Part shown: piece after piece, positions 5,672 to 14,239 of the stretch
How the letters are laid out: every line of letters begins with the position of its first letter
Numbering within the stretch: position 1 is the first letter of the stretch
NCBI GenBank assembly: GCA_034432795.1
Contig: DAOUBF010000078.1
Location: forward strand, 7,551 to 31,550
Length of the DNA: 24,000 nucleotides
Origin: Anaerolineae bacterium
Lineage (GTDB): Bacteria; Chloroflexota; Anaerolineae; DSLN01
Direction of reading: 5' to 3'
Notes under the pieces: model-generated
Seen by the model: the letters and a program-made list of their open reading frames with translations, nothing else
Database searches by the model: none
Told to the model about the DNA's origin: nothing
Position numbers and translations under genes: made by a program

Positions 5672-7951
5672 ATGAGCCGATATATTGCCACCCGCGCCAT
5701 CCGCGGCGCAACGCTGATCGTTAACGAAGCCGAGGAACTGCTGCAACAGGCCATCGCCCAAAAAGGCGCCGACGCGCCGGTGGCCTTCCCCAATACAGCC
5801 TACTACCTGCCTGTGATCCTGGGCCTCACCGGGCGCGAGGTGAAGACCCTGGGCGACCTGAAGCCCGTGCTGGAATACGCCCGCAAGCTCCTGCACCCCA
5901 TCCCGCCGGGCCAGCGTTGGACGCCTTACCTGGGCGAGACGTTGGACAGCGGCATCGCCACGCTCCTGGCCGAGGAGGCCATTGAGGGCATCCGCTTCGC
6001 CCTGGGCCAGCAGCCGGAGCCTTTCCCCGGCTTCCGCCTGGCGGGCGGCACCTCCTTCACCAGCCCGGACTTTGAGGGGAACGGCGCCGGGCACCTCAAC
6101 GGCCCGATTGATGACATCCAACTGCGCAGTTGGGGCATCCAGCTTGTGGATGGGCGCATGCCCGGCTTCGCCGCCATCGTGGGCTGCGCCAAAAGCAACG
6201 AGGTCGCCGTCAAGATCGTGCGCGAATTCCAGCGGCGCAACATCCTGGTGTTCCTCTCCGGCAACGTCAACGGGCGCTCCATCATCCACCAGTTACAGGA
6301 AGAAGGGGTGGAGATGGGCTATGACACCTACATCGTCCCCTTCGGTACGGACACGATCAGCGCGATCTATGCACTGGGCTTCGCCACGCGCTCCGCGCTC
6401 ACCTTCGGCGGTCTGAAAGGTGGCCAGGCCCGCGAGATCCTGCTGTACAACAAGTACCGCGTGTTCGCCTTCGTGCTGGCCCTGGGGGAGGTGGATGACC
6501 TGAAGTACGCCACCGCCGCCGGAGCCATCAACTTCGGCTTCCCGGTTATCGCCGACACGGTCATCCCCCAAATCTTGCCCACCGGCGTGACCCGCTACGA
6601 GCACGTCATCTCCATGCCCTGGAACGAGATCCCCGGCAAGGACGACCTGGAGAAGGCCGAGCACCTGGTGCAGAAGTGCATTGAGGTGCGCGGCGTCAAG
6701 GTGAAGATCACCGAGGTGCCTATCCCCGTGCCCTATGGCTCGGCCTTTGAAGGCGAGGTGGTGCGCAAGGCCGATATGCGCATTGAATTCGGGGGGAAGA
6801 AGTCACGCGCCTTTGAGTACCTGCGCATGGTGCCAATGGACCAGGTGGAAGATGGCCGCATTGAGGTCATCGGCCCCGGTTTTGAGAACGTGCCGGAGGG
6901 CGAGGCCATGGACCTGGGCATCCTGGTGGAGGTAGCCGGGCGCAGGATGCAACTGGACTTTGAGCCGGTGCTGGAGCGCCAGATCCACCACTTCATCAAC
7001 GGCGCTTCCGGGGTGCAGCACATCGGCCAGCGCGACATTGCCTGGATCCGTATCAGCAAGACCGCTGCCGCCAAGGGGTTCAACCTGCGCCACTTCGGCG
7101 ACATCCTGTACGCCCGCTTCCACGCCGATTTCGGCAACATCGTGGACAAGGTTCAGGTGGCCATCATCACCGAACCGCGTCTCCATGCCGAATGGCTGGA
7201 ACGTGCCCGCGCCGCCTACGACTATCGCAACCGACGCATGGCCGACCTGACCGACGAGGCTGTGGACACGTTCTACTCCTGCACGCTGTGCCAGAGCTTC
7301 GCGCCTAACCATGTGTGCATCATCACCCCGCAGCGGCTGGGGCTGTGCGGGGCGTACAACTGGCTGGACTGCAAAGCCAGCCATGAGATCAACCCCAGCG
7401 GGCCGAACCAGCCTATCCCCAAGGGCCGTCTGATTGACCCGGTGAAGGGCTATTGGGAAGGCCCGAACCAGTTCGCGGAGCAGGCTTCGCATGGCAGCGT
7501 GCACCAGGTGGCCATCTACTCCATCATGGAGAACCCCATGACGGCCTGCGGCTGCTTTGAGTGCATCGTCATGGTCATCCCGGAGGCCAACGGCGTCATG
7601 GTTGTCTCCCGCGAAGACCCCAGCATGACGCCCGCAGGCATGACCTTCAGCACGCTGGCCGGGCTGGCCGGGGGCGGCCAGCAGACCCCCGGCGTGATGG
7701 GCGTGGGCAAGTACTACCTCACCAGCCCCAAGTTCATCTCGGCGGATGGCGGTTTCAAGCGCGTGGTGTGGATGAGCAGCTTCCTGAAGCAGAGCATGGC
7801 CGAGGAACTGGCCAAAGTTGCCGAGCGCGAAGGCGACCCCGACCTGATTAGCAAGATCGCCGACGAGACCATCTGTACCGACGTGGATGGCCTGCTCGCC
7901 TACCTGACGGAGGTGGGCCATCCGGCGCTGACGATGCCACCCTTGTTCTGA
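5672..7951 (+). CDS. acsB: Acetyl-CoA synthase (ACS, A-cluster subunit of CODH/ACS)
   Basis: 759 aa counted from the ATG at 5672. The track ORF starts at an upstream TTG at 5654, which lies inside the SD region GGAGGTTGAGGAGGG. The A-cluster motif MTACGCFECIVM and CQSFAPNHVCIITPQRLGLCGA are characteristic of bacterial AcsB. The gene is flanked by cooS and acsD. Confidence 0.95.
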   Translation: MSRYIATRAIRGATLIVNEAEELLQQAIAQKGADAPVAFPNTAYYLPVILGLTGREVKTLGDLKPVLEYARKLLHPIPPGQRWTPYLGETLDSGIATLLAEEAIEGIRFALGQQPEPFPGFRLAGGTSFTSPDFEGNGAGHLNGPIDDIQLRSWGIQLVDGRMPGFAAIVGCAKSNEVAVKIVREFQRRNILVFLSGNVNGRSIIHQLQEEGVEMGYDTYIVPFGTDTISAIYALGFATRSALTFGGLKGGQAREILLYNKYRVFAFVLALGEVDDLKYATAAGAINFGFPVIADTVIPQILPTGVTRYEHVISMPWNEIPGKDDLEKAEHLVQKCIEVRGVKVKITEVPIPVPYGSAFEGEVVRKADMRIEFGGKKSRAFEYLRMVPMDQVEDGRIEVIGPGFENVPEGEAMDLGILVEVAGRRMQLDFEPVLERQIHHFINGASGVQHIGQRDIAWIRISKTAAAKGFNLRHFGDILYARFHADFGNIVDKVQVAIITEPRLHAEWLERARAAYDYRNRRMADLTDEAVDTFYSCTLCQSFAPNHVCIITPQRLGLCGAYNWLDCKASHEINPSGPNQPIPKGRLIDPVKGYWEGPNQFAEQASHGSVHQVAIYSIMENPMTACGCFECIVMVIPEANGVMVVSREDPSMTPAGMTFSTLAGLAGGGQQTPGVMGVGKYYLTSPKFISADGGFKRVVWMSSFLKQSMAEELAKVAEREGDPDLISKIADETICTDVDGLLAYLTEVGHPALTMPPLF

Positions 7952-7959
7952 GGAGGTGC

Positions 7960-8928
7960 ATGATGGCCGTGATAGAGATTCCCAAAGAGAAGTGGAGTGG
8001 CAAAGTGCGTGAGGTCACCCTGGGGGCGACGGCGGCCCAGGGGGGCACACGCAGCCGAACCGTCACGGTGGGCGGCGAGACGACGCTGCCCTTCCTGCAC
8101 TTTGAGGGCGAGATCCCCCACCCACCCGCCATCGCGGTGGAGGTCCAGGACCGCCCACCTGCCGACTGGTCCCCTATCCTGCTGGAGGCCTGGGGGGAGG
8201 CTGTCCAGGATGTGGCCGCCTGGGCCAAAGCCGTTGAAGACCTGGGCGCCGACCTGGTGGCGCTCAAGTTCACCGCCCACCCCGACCTGAACGCCGCTTA
8301 TGCCCGCCAGATGCTGCGGCGCGTGCTTGGGGCCACCGGCCTGCCCCTGCTCGTCTATGGGCCGGGCCAGGCCGAACTGGACAATGAGGTCCTGGTGGCC
8401 GTGGCCGAGGAGGGCGAGGGCGAGAACCTGGCCCTGGGTGTGTGTGAGGAGAAGAACTATCGCACCATTGTGGCGGCGGCGCTGGCGCACGGCCACCTGG
8501 TCATGTCCCGCACGCCCATGGACGTCAACCTGGCCAAGCAACTCATCATCCTGATCAGCGACATGAGTATGCCGCTGACGCGCATCCTGATGGACCCGAC
8601 CACCGGCGCGCTGGGCTATGGCATGGAGTACGGCTACAGTGTGATGGAGCGTCTGCGCCTGGCCGCGCTCCAGGGCGACAGCATGACCCAGCAACCTATG
8701 ATCGTGACGCCGGGCGAGGAGGCCTGGCGCACCAAAGAGGCCCGCGCCGGCGAGGGCGTGCCCGCCGCCTGGGGCGATTGGGCCGAACGGGCGATCCTCT
8801 GGGAAGTGCTCACCGCCAGCACGCTGATCCATGCCGGCGCGGATGTCGTTGTCCTGCGCCACCCCGAATCGGTCCGGCGCATTCGTGGGATGATCGGCGC
8901 GCTGATGGAAAATGGACAGATCACTTAA
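7960..8928 (+). CDS. acsD: Corrinoid iron-sulfur protein small subunit (CFeSP delta-type, TIM-barrel)
   Basis: 322 aa. MMAVIEIPKEKWSGKVREVTLGAT...TVGGETTLPFLHFEG is a typical AcsD/CdhD N-terminus. SD AGGAGG lies at 7951-7956. It is positioned between acsB and acsC. Confidence 0.9.
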   Translation: MMAVIEIPKEKWSGKVREVTLGATAAQGGTRSRTVTVGGETTLPFLHFEGEIPHPPAIAVEVQDRPPADWSPILLEAWGEAVQDVAAWAKAVEDLGADLVALKFTAHPDLNAAYARQMLRRVLGATGLPLLVYGPGQAELDNEVLVAVAEEGEGENLALGVCEEKNYRTIVAAALAHGHLVMSRTPMDVNLAKQLIILISDMSMPLTRILMDPTTGALGYGMEYGYSVMERLRLAALQGDSMTQQPMIVTPGEEAWRTKEARAGEGVPAAWGDWAERAILWEVLTASTLIHAGADVVVLRHPESVRRIRGMIGALMENGQIT

Positions 8929-9005
8929 CCGCAGAGATGCAGAGAACGCGGAGAATGCGCAGAGATTGATTAGATTTTCTCTGCGCCCCTCTGCGCTCTC
9001 TGCGG
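8929..9005. repeat. Compound palindromic element built from GC(A/G)GAGA units and their complement, between acsD and acsC
   Basis: Forward units: gcagaga at 8931-8937 and 8939-8945, gcggaga at 8948-8954, gcgcagaga at 8957-8965. Reverse units: tctctgcgc at 8978-8986, tctgcgc at 8990-8996, tctctgcgg at 8997-9005. The outer ccgcagaga/tctctgcgg and inner gcgcagaga/tctctgcgc pairs can form a long imperfect hairpin. It starts 1 nt after the acsD stop and ends 10 nt before the acsC SD. Confidence 0.75.
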
Positions 9006-9026
9006 TGAGGGATACGGAGGCAGAGA

Positions 9027-10373
9027 ATGGCTTTATCCGGGCTTGAGATTTACAAACTTCTCCCCGCAGGCAGCAAAAACCCGGCGGTCAAAGCCCACGC
9101 CAACTGTAAGGAGTGCGGCTTCCCCACCTGCCTGGCCTTCGCCATGAAGCTGGCGCAAAAGCAGGCCGAACTGGCCCAATGCCCTTACGTGGAGGAGGAA
9201 TCCAAGGTCCTCCTGGAAGCCTCAGCCGCGCCCCCCATCCGCTTGATCACGCTTTCCGCCGATGGGCGCAGGCTGGAGGTGGGCAATGAGACCGTGCTCT
9301 TCCGCCACGAAAAGACCTTCTTCCACCCGCCGGGCCTGTTTGTGCGCGTGAAAGACACCCAGCCCGATGCGGTGGACCTGGCGACAGCCGTAGATCGCTA
9401 CGCAGTGGATTACGTCGGCAGGAGCCTGACGTTGGACGGGGTGGCGATTGAGGCGGCGGGCGGCGATTTCGCCCGCACGGTCGCAGCTATCAGAGCTGCC
9501 ACCTCTCTCAACCTGATCCTGCTCAGCGCGGACCCGGCCACGGCAGAGGCGGGCCTGCAAGCCGCTCAGGGGCGCGGTTGCCTGCTGTGGGCGGCCAACC
9601 CGGATAACTGGGAGGCCATGGCGAAGCTGGCTACGCACTATCGCGTCCCCCTGGTCGTCACTGCCGCCCCCGGCGACCTGGAGGCGCTGGCGACGCTGGC
9701 CGACCAGGTGAAAGGGGCGGGCGTGGAGGACCTGGTGCTTGACCCCGGCACGCGCGGCTACGCCGACAGCCTGGCGGCCTTCACCCAACTGCGGCGGCTG
9801 GCCTTGAAGAAGAATGAACGCCGGGTGGGCTACCCCATTCTGGCTTTCGCCGGCGACGACCCGATCCTGGCGGGCCAGCACATCGCCAAATACGCCGGCT
9901 TCATCATCCTGGACCGCTTCAGCCCGGCGATGGCCTACCCGCTCCTGGTGTTGCGCGCCAACATCTTCACCGACCCGCAGAAGCCCATCCAGGTACAGCC
10001 CGGTGTCTATGAGATTAACAACCCCGGCCCGCACGACCCGCTGATGGTGACGACCAACTTCTCTATCACCTACTTCGCTGTGGCCAACGAGGTGGAGAGC
10101 AGCGGCCTGCCGGGCTGGTTGCTTGTCGTGGACGCGGAGGGCATGAGCGTGCTGACCGCCTGGGCAGCGGGCAAGTTTGACGCCGAGCGCATCGCCAAGA
10201 GCGTCCAATCCACCCGTGTCGCCGAGAAGCTCAACCACAAGCGCCTGATCATCCCCGGCCAGGTGGCCGTGCTCCTGGGCGAGCTGGAGGAGGAGCTACC
10301 CGGCTGGGAGATTAACGTCGGCCCGAAAGAGGCAGTGGATTTGCCCAATTACCTGAAGCTGAAATGGGGATAA
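9027..10373 (+). CDS. acsC: Corrinoid iron-sulfur protein large subunit (CFeSP gamma-type; N-terminal [4Fe-4S] domain + corrinoid-binding domain)
   Basis: 448 aa. The N-terminal motif NCKECGFPTCLAFAMKLAQKQAELAQCPYV (Cx2Cx4Cx16C) is typical of AcsC/CdhE. SD GGAGG lies at 9016-9020. Confidence 0.92.
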   Translation: MALSGLEIYKLLPAGSKNPAVKAHANCKECGFPTCLAFAMKLAQKQAELAQCPYVEEESKVLLEASAAPPIRLITLSADGRRLEVGNETVLFRHEKTFFHPPGLFVRVKDTQPDAVDLATAVDRYAVDYVGRSLTLDGVAIEAAGGDFARTVAAIRAATSLNLILLSADPATAEAGLQAAQGRGCLLWAANPDNWEAMAKLATHYRVPLVVTAAPGDLEALATLADQVKGAGVEDLVLDPGTRGYADSLAAFTQLRRLALKKNERRVGYPILAFAGDDPILAGQHIAKYAGFIILDRFSPAMAYPLLVLRANIFTDPQKPIQVQPGVYEINNPGPHDPLMVTTNFSITYFAVANEVESSGLPGWLLVVDAEGMSVLTAWAAGKFDAERIAKSVQSTRVAEKLNHKRLIIPGQVAVLLGELEEELPGWEINVGPKEAVDLPNYLKLKWG

Positions 10374-10376
10374 ATG

Positions 10377-10433
10377 CCCCCACCCCAACCCTCCCCCACA
10401 GAGGGGGGAGGGAGATGGGGTGAGGGGGTGACA
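10377..10433. repeat. G/C-rich palindromic REP-like element (reverse-oriented copy of the 20126-20169 element)
   Basis: ccccaccccaaccctcccccacagaggggggagggagatggggtgagggggtgaca. The core ccctcccccacagaggggggaggg is identical to 20134-20157. The ends TGTCACCCCCTC / GGGTTGGGGTGGGGG match when reverse-complemented. It lies immediately after the acsC stop. Confidence 0.8.
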
Positions 10434-10449
10434 GACCAAACGTATTATT

Positions 10450-12411
10450 ATGAAGAAGGCCAGCACACACACCATCCGCTTTGAGCCATCCGGCAGGGCG
10501 GTCCAGGTGCCCACCGGCACACTGCTTTTGGAGGCCGTGCGCCAGGCGGGCCTGGACCTGAACGTGCCCTGCGGCGGGCAGGGGCGCTGTGGCCGCTGTG
10601 CCGTGATCGCCCAGGATGGCGCCGGCCTGCGCCGTCGCTCCACCATCCGCCTGAGCGCTGCCGACCTGGCCGCCGGCTATGCCCTGGCCTGCCAGACGGT
10701 CATTGAAGGCGACGCGGTGATCACCATCCCGCCCCAGGAGCAGATTGCGCGCCGCCTGGTCAGCGACAAAACGGCAGCCAGGGTCACTCTGCCCTTCCCT
10801 TACGACCCGCTGCAGCACCAGCCCCTGCGCCTGATCCCGCTGGCGTTTGACCCGCCCAGCCTGGCCGATCAGACCGACGACTGGTCACGCCTGAAACGGG
10901 CTTTGACCACGACCTGCGGCATCGCCGACCTGACCGCCGACCTGCCCACGCTCCAGCGCCTGGGCGCCGCGCTGCGCCAGTCCAACTGGGCCATCACCGC
11001 CGTTGTTGAGACCGACACCTGGGATCGCCCCAACGGGCCGGCGCGGCTGGTGGACGTGCTGAGCAGGGACGATGGGGAGCCAGGGGCATGCCGTTTGCTG
11101 GGCGCCGCCGTAGACATCGGCACCACTACCGTCAGCCTGTACCTGGTGGACCTGGAAACCGGCGAGGTGCTCGCCCAGGCCGCCGAGTACAACGGCCAGA
11201 TCAGGCGGGGGGAAGACATCATCTCGCGCATCATCTACGCCAGCAAGAACAACGGCCTGGGCGAATTGCAAGCGCTGGTCGTCGGCACGATCAACGCGCT
11301 GATTGAACGGGCCGCAGCCCGCGCCCGCGTCAGCCCATCCCATATCTACAAAATGACGGTGGCCGGGAACAGCACCATGATCCACCTGTTCCTGGGCCTG
11401 CCGCCCGCCTCCATCCGGCTGGAGCCTTTCGTCACCACCATCAACCACCCGCCCGTCGTGCGGGCAGGGGAACTGGGGCTGAATATCCATCCTCAGGCCA
11501 GCGTGGACTGCCTGCCCGGCGTGGCCAGCTACGTGGGCGCCGACATCACCGCCGGCGTTATCGGCGCCGGCATGTGCAACGATCACCGGCTCACCCTCTT
11601 CCTGGACATCGGCACGAACGGCGAGATGGTGCTGGGGGACTGCGACTGGCTGGTGAGTTGCGCCTGCTCCGCCGGGCCGGCCTTTGAGGGCGCGGGCGTG
11701 CAGGACGGGATGCGCGCCACCATCGGCGCGATTGAAGAGGTGTGGATCAACAGCCAGACCTACGAGCCGACTTATCGGGTCATCCCCGATCCCCGACGAG
11801 AGGCACGGGGCGAGCGGACGCCCCCGCGCGGCATCTGCGGCTCCGGCCTGATCTCCCTGCTGGCTGAGATGTTCATCACCGGCGTGATTGACAAGCGCGG
11901 CAACCTGAACCTCCACCTGGGCACGCCGCGCATCCGCCAGGGCGAGCACGGCCCCGAATACGTCGTCGCCTGGGCGGGCGAAACCGAGCACGGGCGCGAC
12001 ATCGTCATCACCCGCGTGGACATAGATAACCTGATGCGGGCCAAGGGGGCGGTCTATGCTGGCCTGTCCGTCCTGGCCGAGAGCGTGGGCGTGGACCTGG
12101 CTCAGGTGGAGCGGGTGCTCATCGGCGGCGCCTTCGGGCAATACATCAACGTGGAGAAGGCCATCCAGATCGGCCTGCTGCCCGACCTGCCCTGGGAGAA
12201 GTTCCACTTCCTGGGCAACACCGCGCTGCGCGGCGCGCTCCTGGCGCTGCTCAGCCGCCAGGCCCGCCGCCAGATCGCCGAGATCGCCGCCAGGATGACC
12301 TACCTGGAGCTTTCGGCGGACAACACCTTCTACAACCAGTTCACGTCGGCGTTGTTCCTGCCCCACACCGACATCACGCGGTTCCCATCCGTTGCGGAGG
12401 CGCTCTCATGA
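10450..12411 (+). CDS. acsV: Reductive activator of the corrinoid/Fe-S protein (RACo-type: N-terminal plant-type [2Fe-2S] ferredoxin + ASKHA ATPase domain)
   Basis: 653 aa. The N-terminus IRFEPSGRAVQVPTGTLLLEAVRQAGLDLNVPCGGQGRCGRCAV is a 2Fe-2S ferredoxin domain. The ASKHA phosphate motifs are GAAVDIGTTTVSLYLVD and LFLDIGTNGEMVLG. Size and operon position match RACo of Carboxydothermus and acsV of acetogens. No obvious SD; the leader is AT-rich. Confidence 0.88.
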   Translation: MKKASTHTIRFEPSGRAVQVPTGTLLLEAVRQAGLDLNVPCGGQGRCGRCAVIAQDGAGLRRRSTIRLSAADLAAGYALACQTVIEGDAVITIPPQEQIARRLVSDKTAARVTLPFPYDPLQHQPLRLIPLAFDPPSLADQTDDWSRLKRALTTTCGIADLTADLPTLQRLGAALRQSNWAITAVVETDTWDRPNGPARLVDVLSRDDGEPGACRLLGAAVDIGTTTVSLYLVDLETGEVLAQAAEYNGQIRRGEDIISRIIYASKNNGLGELQALVVGTINALIERAAARARVSPSHIYKMTVAGNSTMIHLFLGLPPASIRLEPFVTTINHPPVVRAGELGLNIHPQASVDCLPGVASYVGADITAGVIGAGMCNDHRLTLFLDIGTNGEMVLGDCDWLVSCACSAGPAFEGAGVQDGMRATIGAIEEVWINSQTYEPTYRVIPDPRREARGERTPPRGICGSGLISLLAEMFITGVIDKRGNLNLHLGTPRIRQGEHGPEYVVAWAGETEHGRDIVITRVDIDNLMRAKGAVYAGLSVLAESVGVDLAQVERVLIGGAFGQYINVEKAIQIGLLPDLPWEKFHFLGNTALRGALLALLSRQARRQIAEIAARMTYLELSADNTFYNQFTSALFLPHTDITRFPSVAEALS

Positions 12412-13217
12412 CCACGACCATCGCCGTCGCCGGTAAAGGCGGCACGGGCAAAACCACCGTGTGCGCCCTGATCATCCGCGCCCTGACCCGCCACGGCCTG
12501 GGGCCGGTGCTGGCCATTGACGCCGACCCCAGCAGCAACCTGCATCTGGCCCTGGGCCTGCCGCTGGACGAGGAGGACACCGTCGGCCACATCCGCGAGG
12601 AGTTGCTGGCCCAGATTCAGGCTGGCGGGAACAGCGGCGGAATGCAGGGCGGGCTGGCAGGCGGCCTGTCCAAGTACGAGTACTTTGATTACTCTATCCG
12701 CTCCATCCTGGTAGAAGGCGATGATGTGGACCTGCTGGCGATGGGCCGCCCGGAGGGGCCGGGCTGCTACTGCGCTGCCAACCATGCCCTGCGCGCTGTG
12801 ATTGACCGCCTGAGCAGCCGCTATCCCTTCGTGGTCATGGACAACGAAGCCGGCCTGGAACACCTCAGCCGCCGCACCACCCGCAATGTGGATCATCTCC
12901 TGATCGTCACCGATCCCACCCAGCGCGGCATTATGGCAGCCCGCCGCGTGGCTGAACTGGTCACCGAACTGAGCATTGAGGTGAAACAGACCCATCTTAT
13001 CGTCAACCGTCTGCCTGGGGGCGAGGTCCCGCCGGAGTTGCAACCTGCTATTGCTGCCCTGGGCGTCCCCCTGCTGGGCGTCATCCCGGAGGACAGCAAC
13101 GTGCGGCAATTTGATCTCAACGGCCGCCCTCTGATAGACCTGGGCGACCAGTCGCCGGTGGTGCAGGCCGTCACCAGGATGATGGAGACGCTCAAACGGG
13201 CTGTCAACGGATTCTGA
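12408..13217 (+). CDS. cooC: CooC/AcsF-type Ni-insertion ATPase (MinD/ParA-class P-loop) for CODH/ACS maturation
   Basis: 269 aa. It has the deviant Walker A motif AVAGKGGTGKTT and the CooC-type metal-binding motif GPGCYCAAN (CxC). It has an ATGA start/stop overlap with the upstream gene, and SD GCGGAGG lies 7 nt upstream. Confidence 0.9.
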   Translation: MTTTIAVAGKGGTGKTTVCALIIRALTRHGLGPVLAIDADPSSNLHLALGLPLDEEDTVGHIREELLAQIQAGGNSGGMQGGLAGGLSKYEYFDYSIRSILVEGDDVDLLAMGRPEGPGCYCAANHALRAVIDRLSSRYPFVVMDNEAGLEHLSRRTTRNVDHLLIVTDPTQRGIMAARRVAELVTELSIEVKQTHLIVNRLPGGEVPPELQPAIAALGVPLLGVIPEDSNVRQFDLNGRPLIDLGDQSPVVQAVTRMMETLKRAVNGF

Positions 13218-13256
13218 GAACGGATTGAACGGATTATCTACAGGAGGTCAAGGAAA
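13206..13256 (+). promoter_or_regulatory. Triple tandem AACGGATT motif followed by AGGAGGTCAAGGAAA leader/SD of acsE
   Basis: AACGGATT occurs at 13206-13213, 13219-13226 and 13228-13235. TCAAGGAAA at 13248-13256 is identical to 3493-3501. There are five GGA triplets within about 50 nt. Read directly from the sequence. Confidence 0.55.
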
Positions 13257-13259
13257 CTG

Positions 13260-14180
13260 ATGAAGATTATCGGAGAGAACATCCACATCATCTCGCCAGC
13301 CGTGAAGGAGGCCATCGCCAACCGCGACATCCGCTTCTTCCAGAGGCTGGCTGTGCGCCAGGTGGAGGCGGGCGCGGATGTGCTGGACCTGAACATTGGC
13401 CCGCAGAAGAAGGAGGGGCACGAGATCATGCCCTGGCTGGTGAAAGGCATCCAGGAGGTCGTGGACGTGCCGCTCTCGCTGGACACAACCAACCTGGCCG
13501 CCATAGAGGAGGGCTTAAAGGTGGCCAAAAACCAGTGCATCATCAACTCCACCTCGGCGGAGGAGGAGCGCCTGGCGACCGTGCCACCGCTGGCCAAGAA
13601 GTACAACGCCAAGCTGATCGCCCTGACGATGGGCAAGGGGGGCATCCCGGTCAGCGCGGTTGACCGCGTCAACATCGCCCTGGAGGTCCTGATCCCCCGC
13701 GCTATGGAGTTGGGCATTCCGATGGAGGACCTGCTGATTGACCCCTTGGTGTTGACCGTCAAGGGCTGCCAGGAGTACTGCCCGGAGTGCATTGAGGCCA
13801 TCCGCCTGCTTAAGCTGGCTGGCGACCCGCCGCCCATGACCAATGCCGGCCTGAGCAATGTATCCAACCAGGTGCCGGCGGAGATGCGCCCGCTGATCAA
13901 CCGCACCTACTGCGTTATGCTCATGGCCGCTGGCGTGGATTACATCATCGCCAACCCACTTGACCAGAAGCTCAAGGAGTTCATCCGTATCGTTAACGAG
14001 CGCGACGATAGCACCGGCGTGGGCAGGCTGGTGCTCACGCTCTACGACAAGACGCTGGCAGCGGAGAAGCTGACCGCCGACGACGTGGATTGGAATGACC
14101 CCGATCAGGTGGCCATCTTCAAGACCGCGCAGATTCTGTACAACGATGTGATTTACACGGACTCGTATCTGCGGGTGTAG
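13260..14180 (+). CDS. acsE: Methyltetrahydrofolate:corrinoid/iron-sulfur protein Co-methyltransferase (pterin-binding TIM barrel)
   Basis: 306 aa. IIGENIHIISPAVKEAI...GADVLDLNIGP...PLSLDTTN...CIINSTSAE...IDPLVLTV...GLSNVSNQVP fits the pterin-binding AcsE/MtrH-like family. It sits in the WL operon context. Confidence 0.9.
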   Translation: MKIIGENIHIISPAVKEAIANRDIRFFQRLAVRQVEAGADVLDLNIGPQKKEGHEIMPWLVKGIQEVVDVPLSLDTTNLAAIEEGLKVAKNQCIINSTSAEEERLATVPPLAKKYNAKLIALTMGKGGIPVSAVDRVNIALEVLIPRAMELGIPMEDLLIDPLVLTVKGCQEYCPECIEAIRLLKLAGDPPPMTNAGLSNVSNQVPAEMRPLINRTYCVMLMAAGVDYIIANPLDQKLKEFIRIVNERDDSTGVGRLVLTLYDKTLAAEKLTADDVDWNDPDQVAIFKTAQILYNDVIYTDSYLRV

Positions 14181-14201
14181 GGGCACAGCTTGCTGTGCCC
14201 C
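14180..14201 (+). other. Perfect 9-bp stem-loop overlapping the acsE stop (GGGGCACAG cttg CTGTGCCCC)
   Basis: Read directly from the sequence. No T-tract follows. It overlaps the GTG at 14195 that the ORF track used as the start of the next ORF. Confidence 0.6.
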
Positions 14202-14239
14202 ACCTTCACCGGGGTGGGATGGAGTTCAAGGGGAGCACA

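Noticed and set aside
3999-5711. 570-aa minus-strand ORF antisense to cooS, and similar long antisense ORFs at 5645-6289, 6803-7921, 7900-8862, 9222-10238, 10885-12366, 12330-13109, 15401-17398, 19967-20866 and 20948-21877
   Set aside because: Each lies entirely opposite a + strand gene with unmistakable conserved enzyme motifs. Their translations are Arg/Ala/Gly/His/Pro-rich with no motifs. Stop-poor antisense frames are expected at this GC content.
8929-9005. Possible CRISPR array because of repeated GCAGAGA units
   Set aside because: The units are only 7-9 nt, directly abutting or inverted, with no spacers of 25-40 nt. No cas genes are present. It is a palindromic repeat, not a CRISPR array.
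13260-14180. AcsE appearing about 40 aa longer than the Moorella enzyme as I remember it, as a possible extra domain
   Set aside because: I cannot verify the reference length or align without tools. The extra C-terminal sequence has no repeat or motif signature, so it is not reported as a finding.
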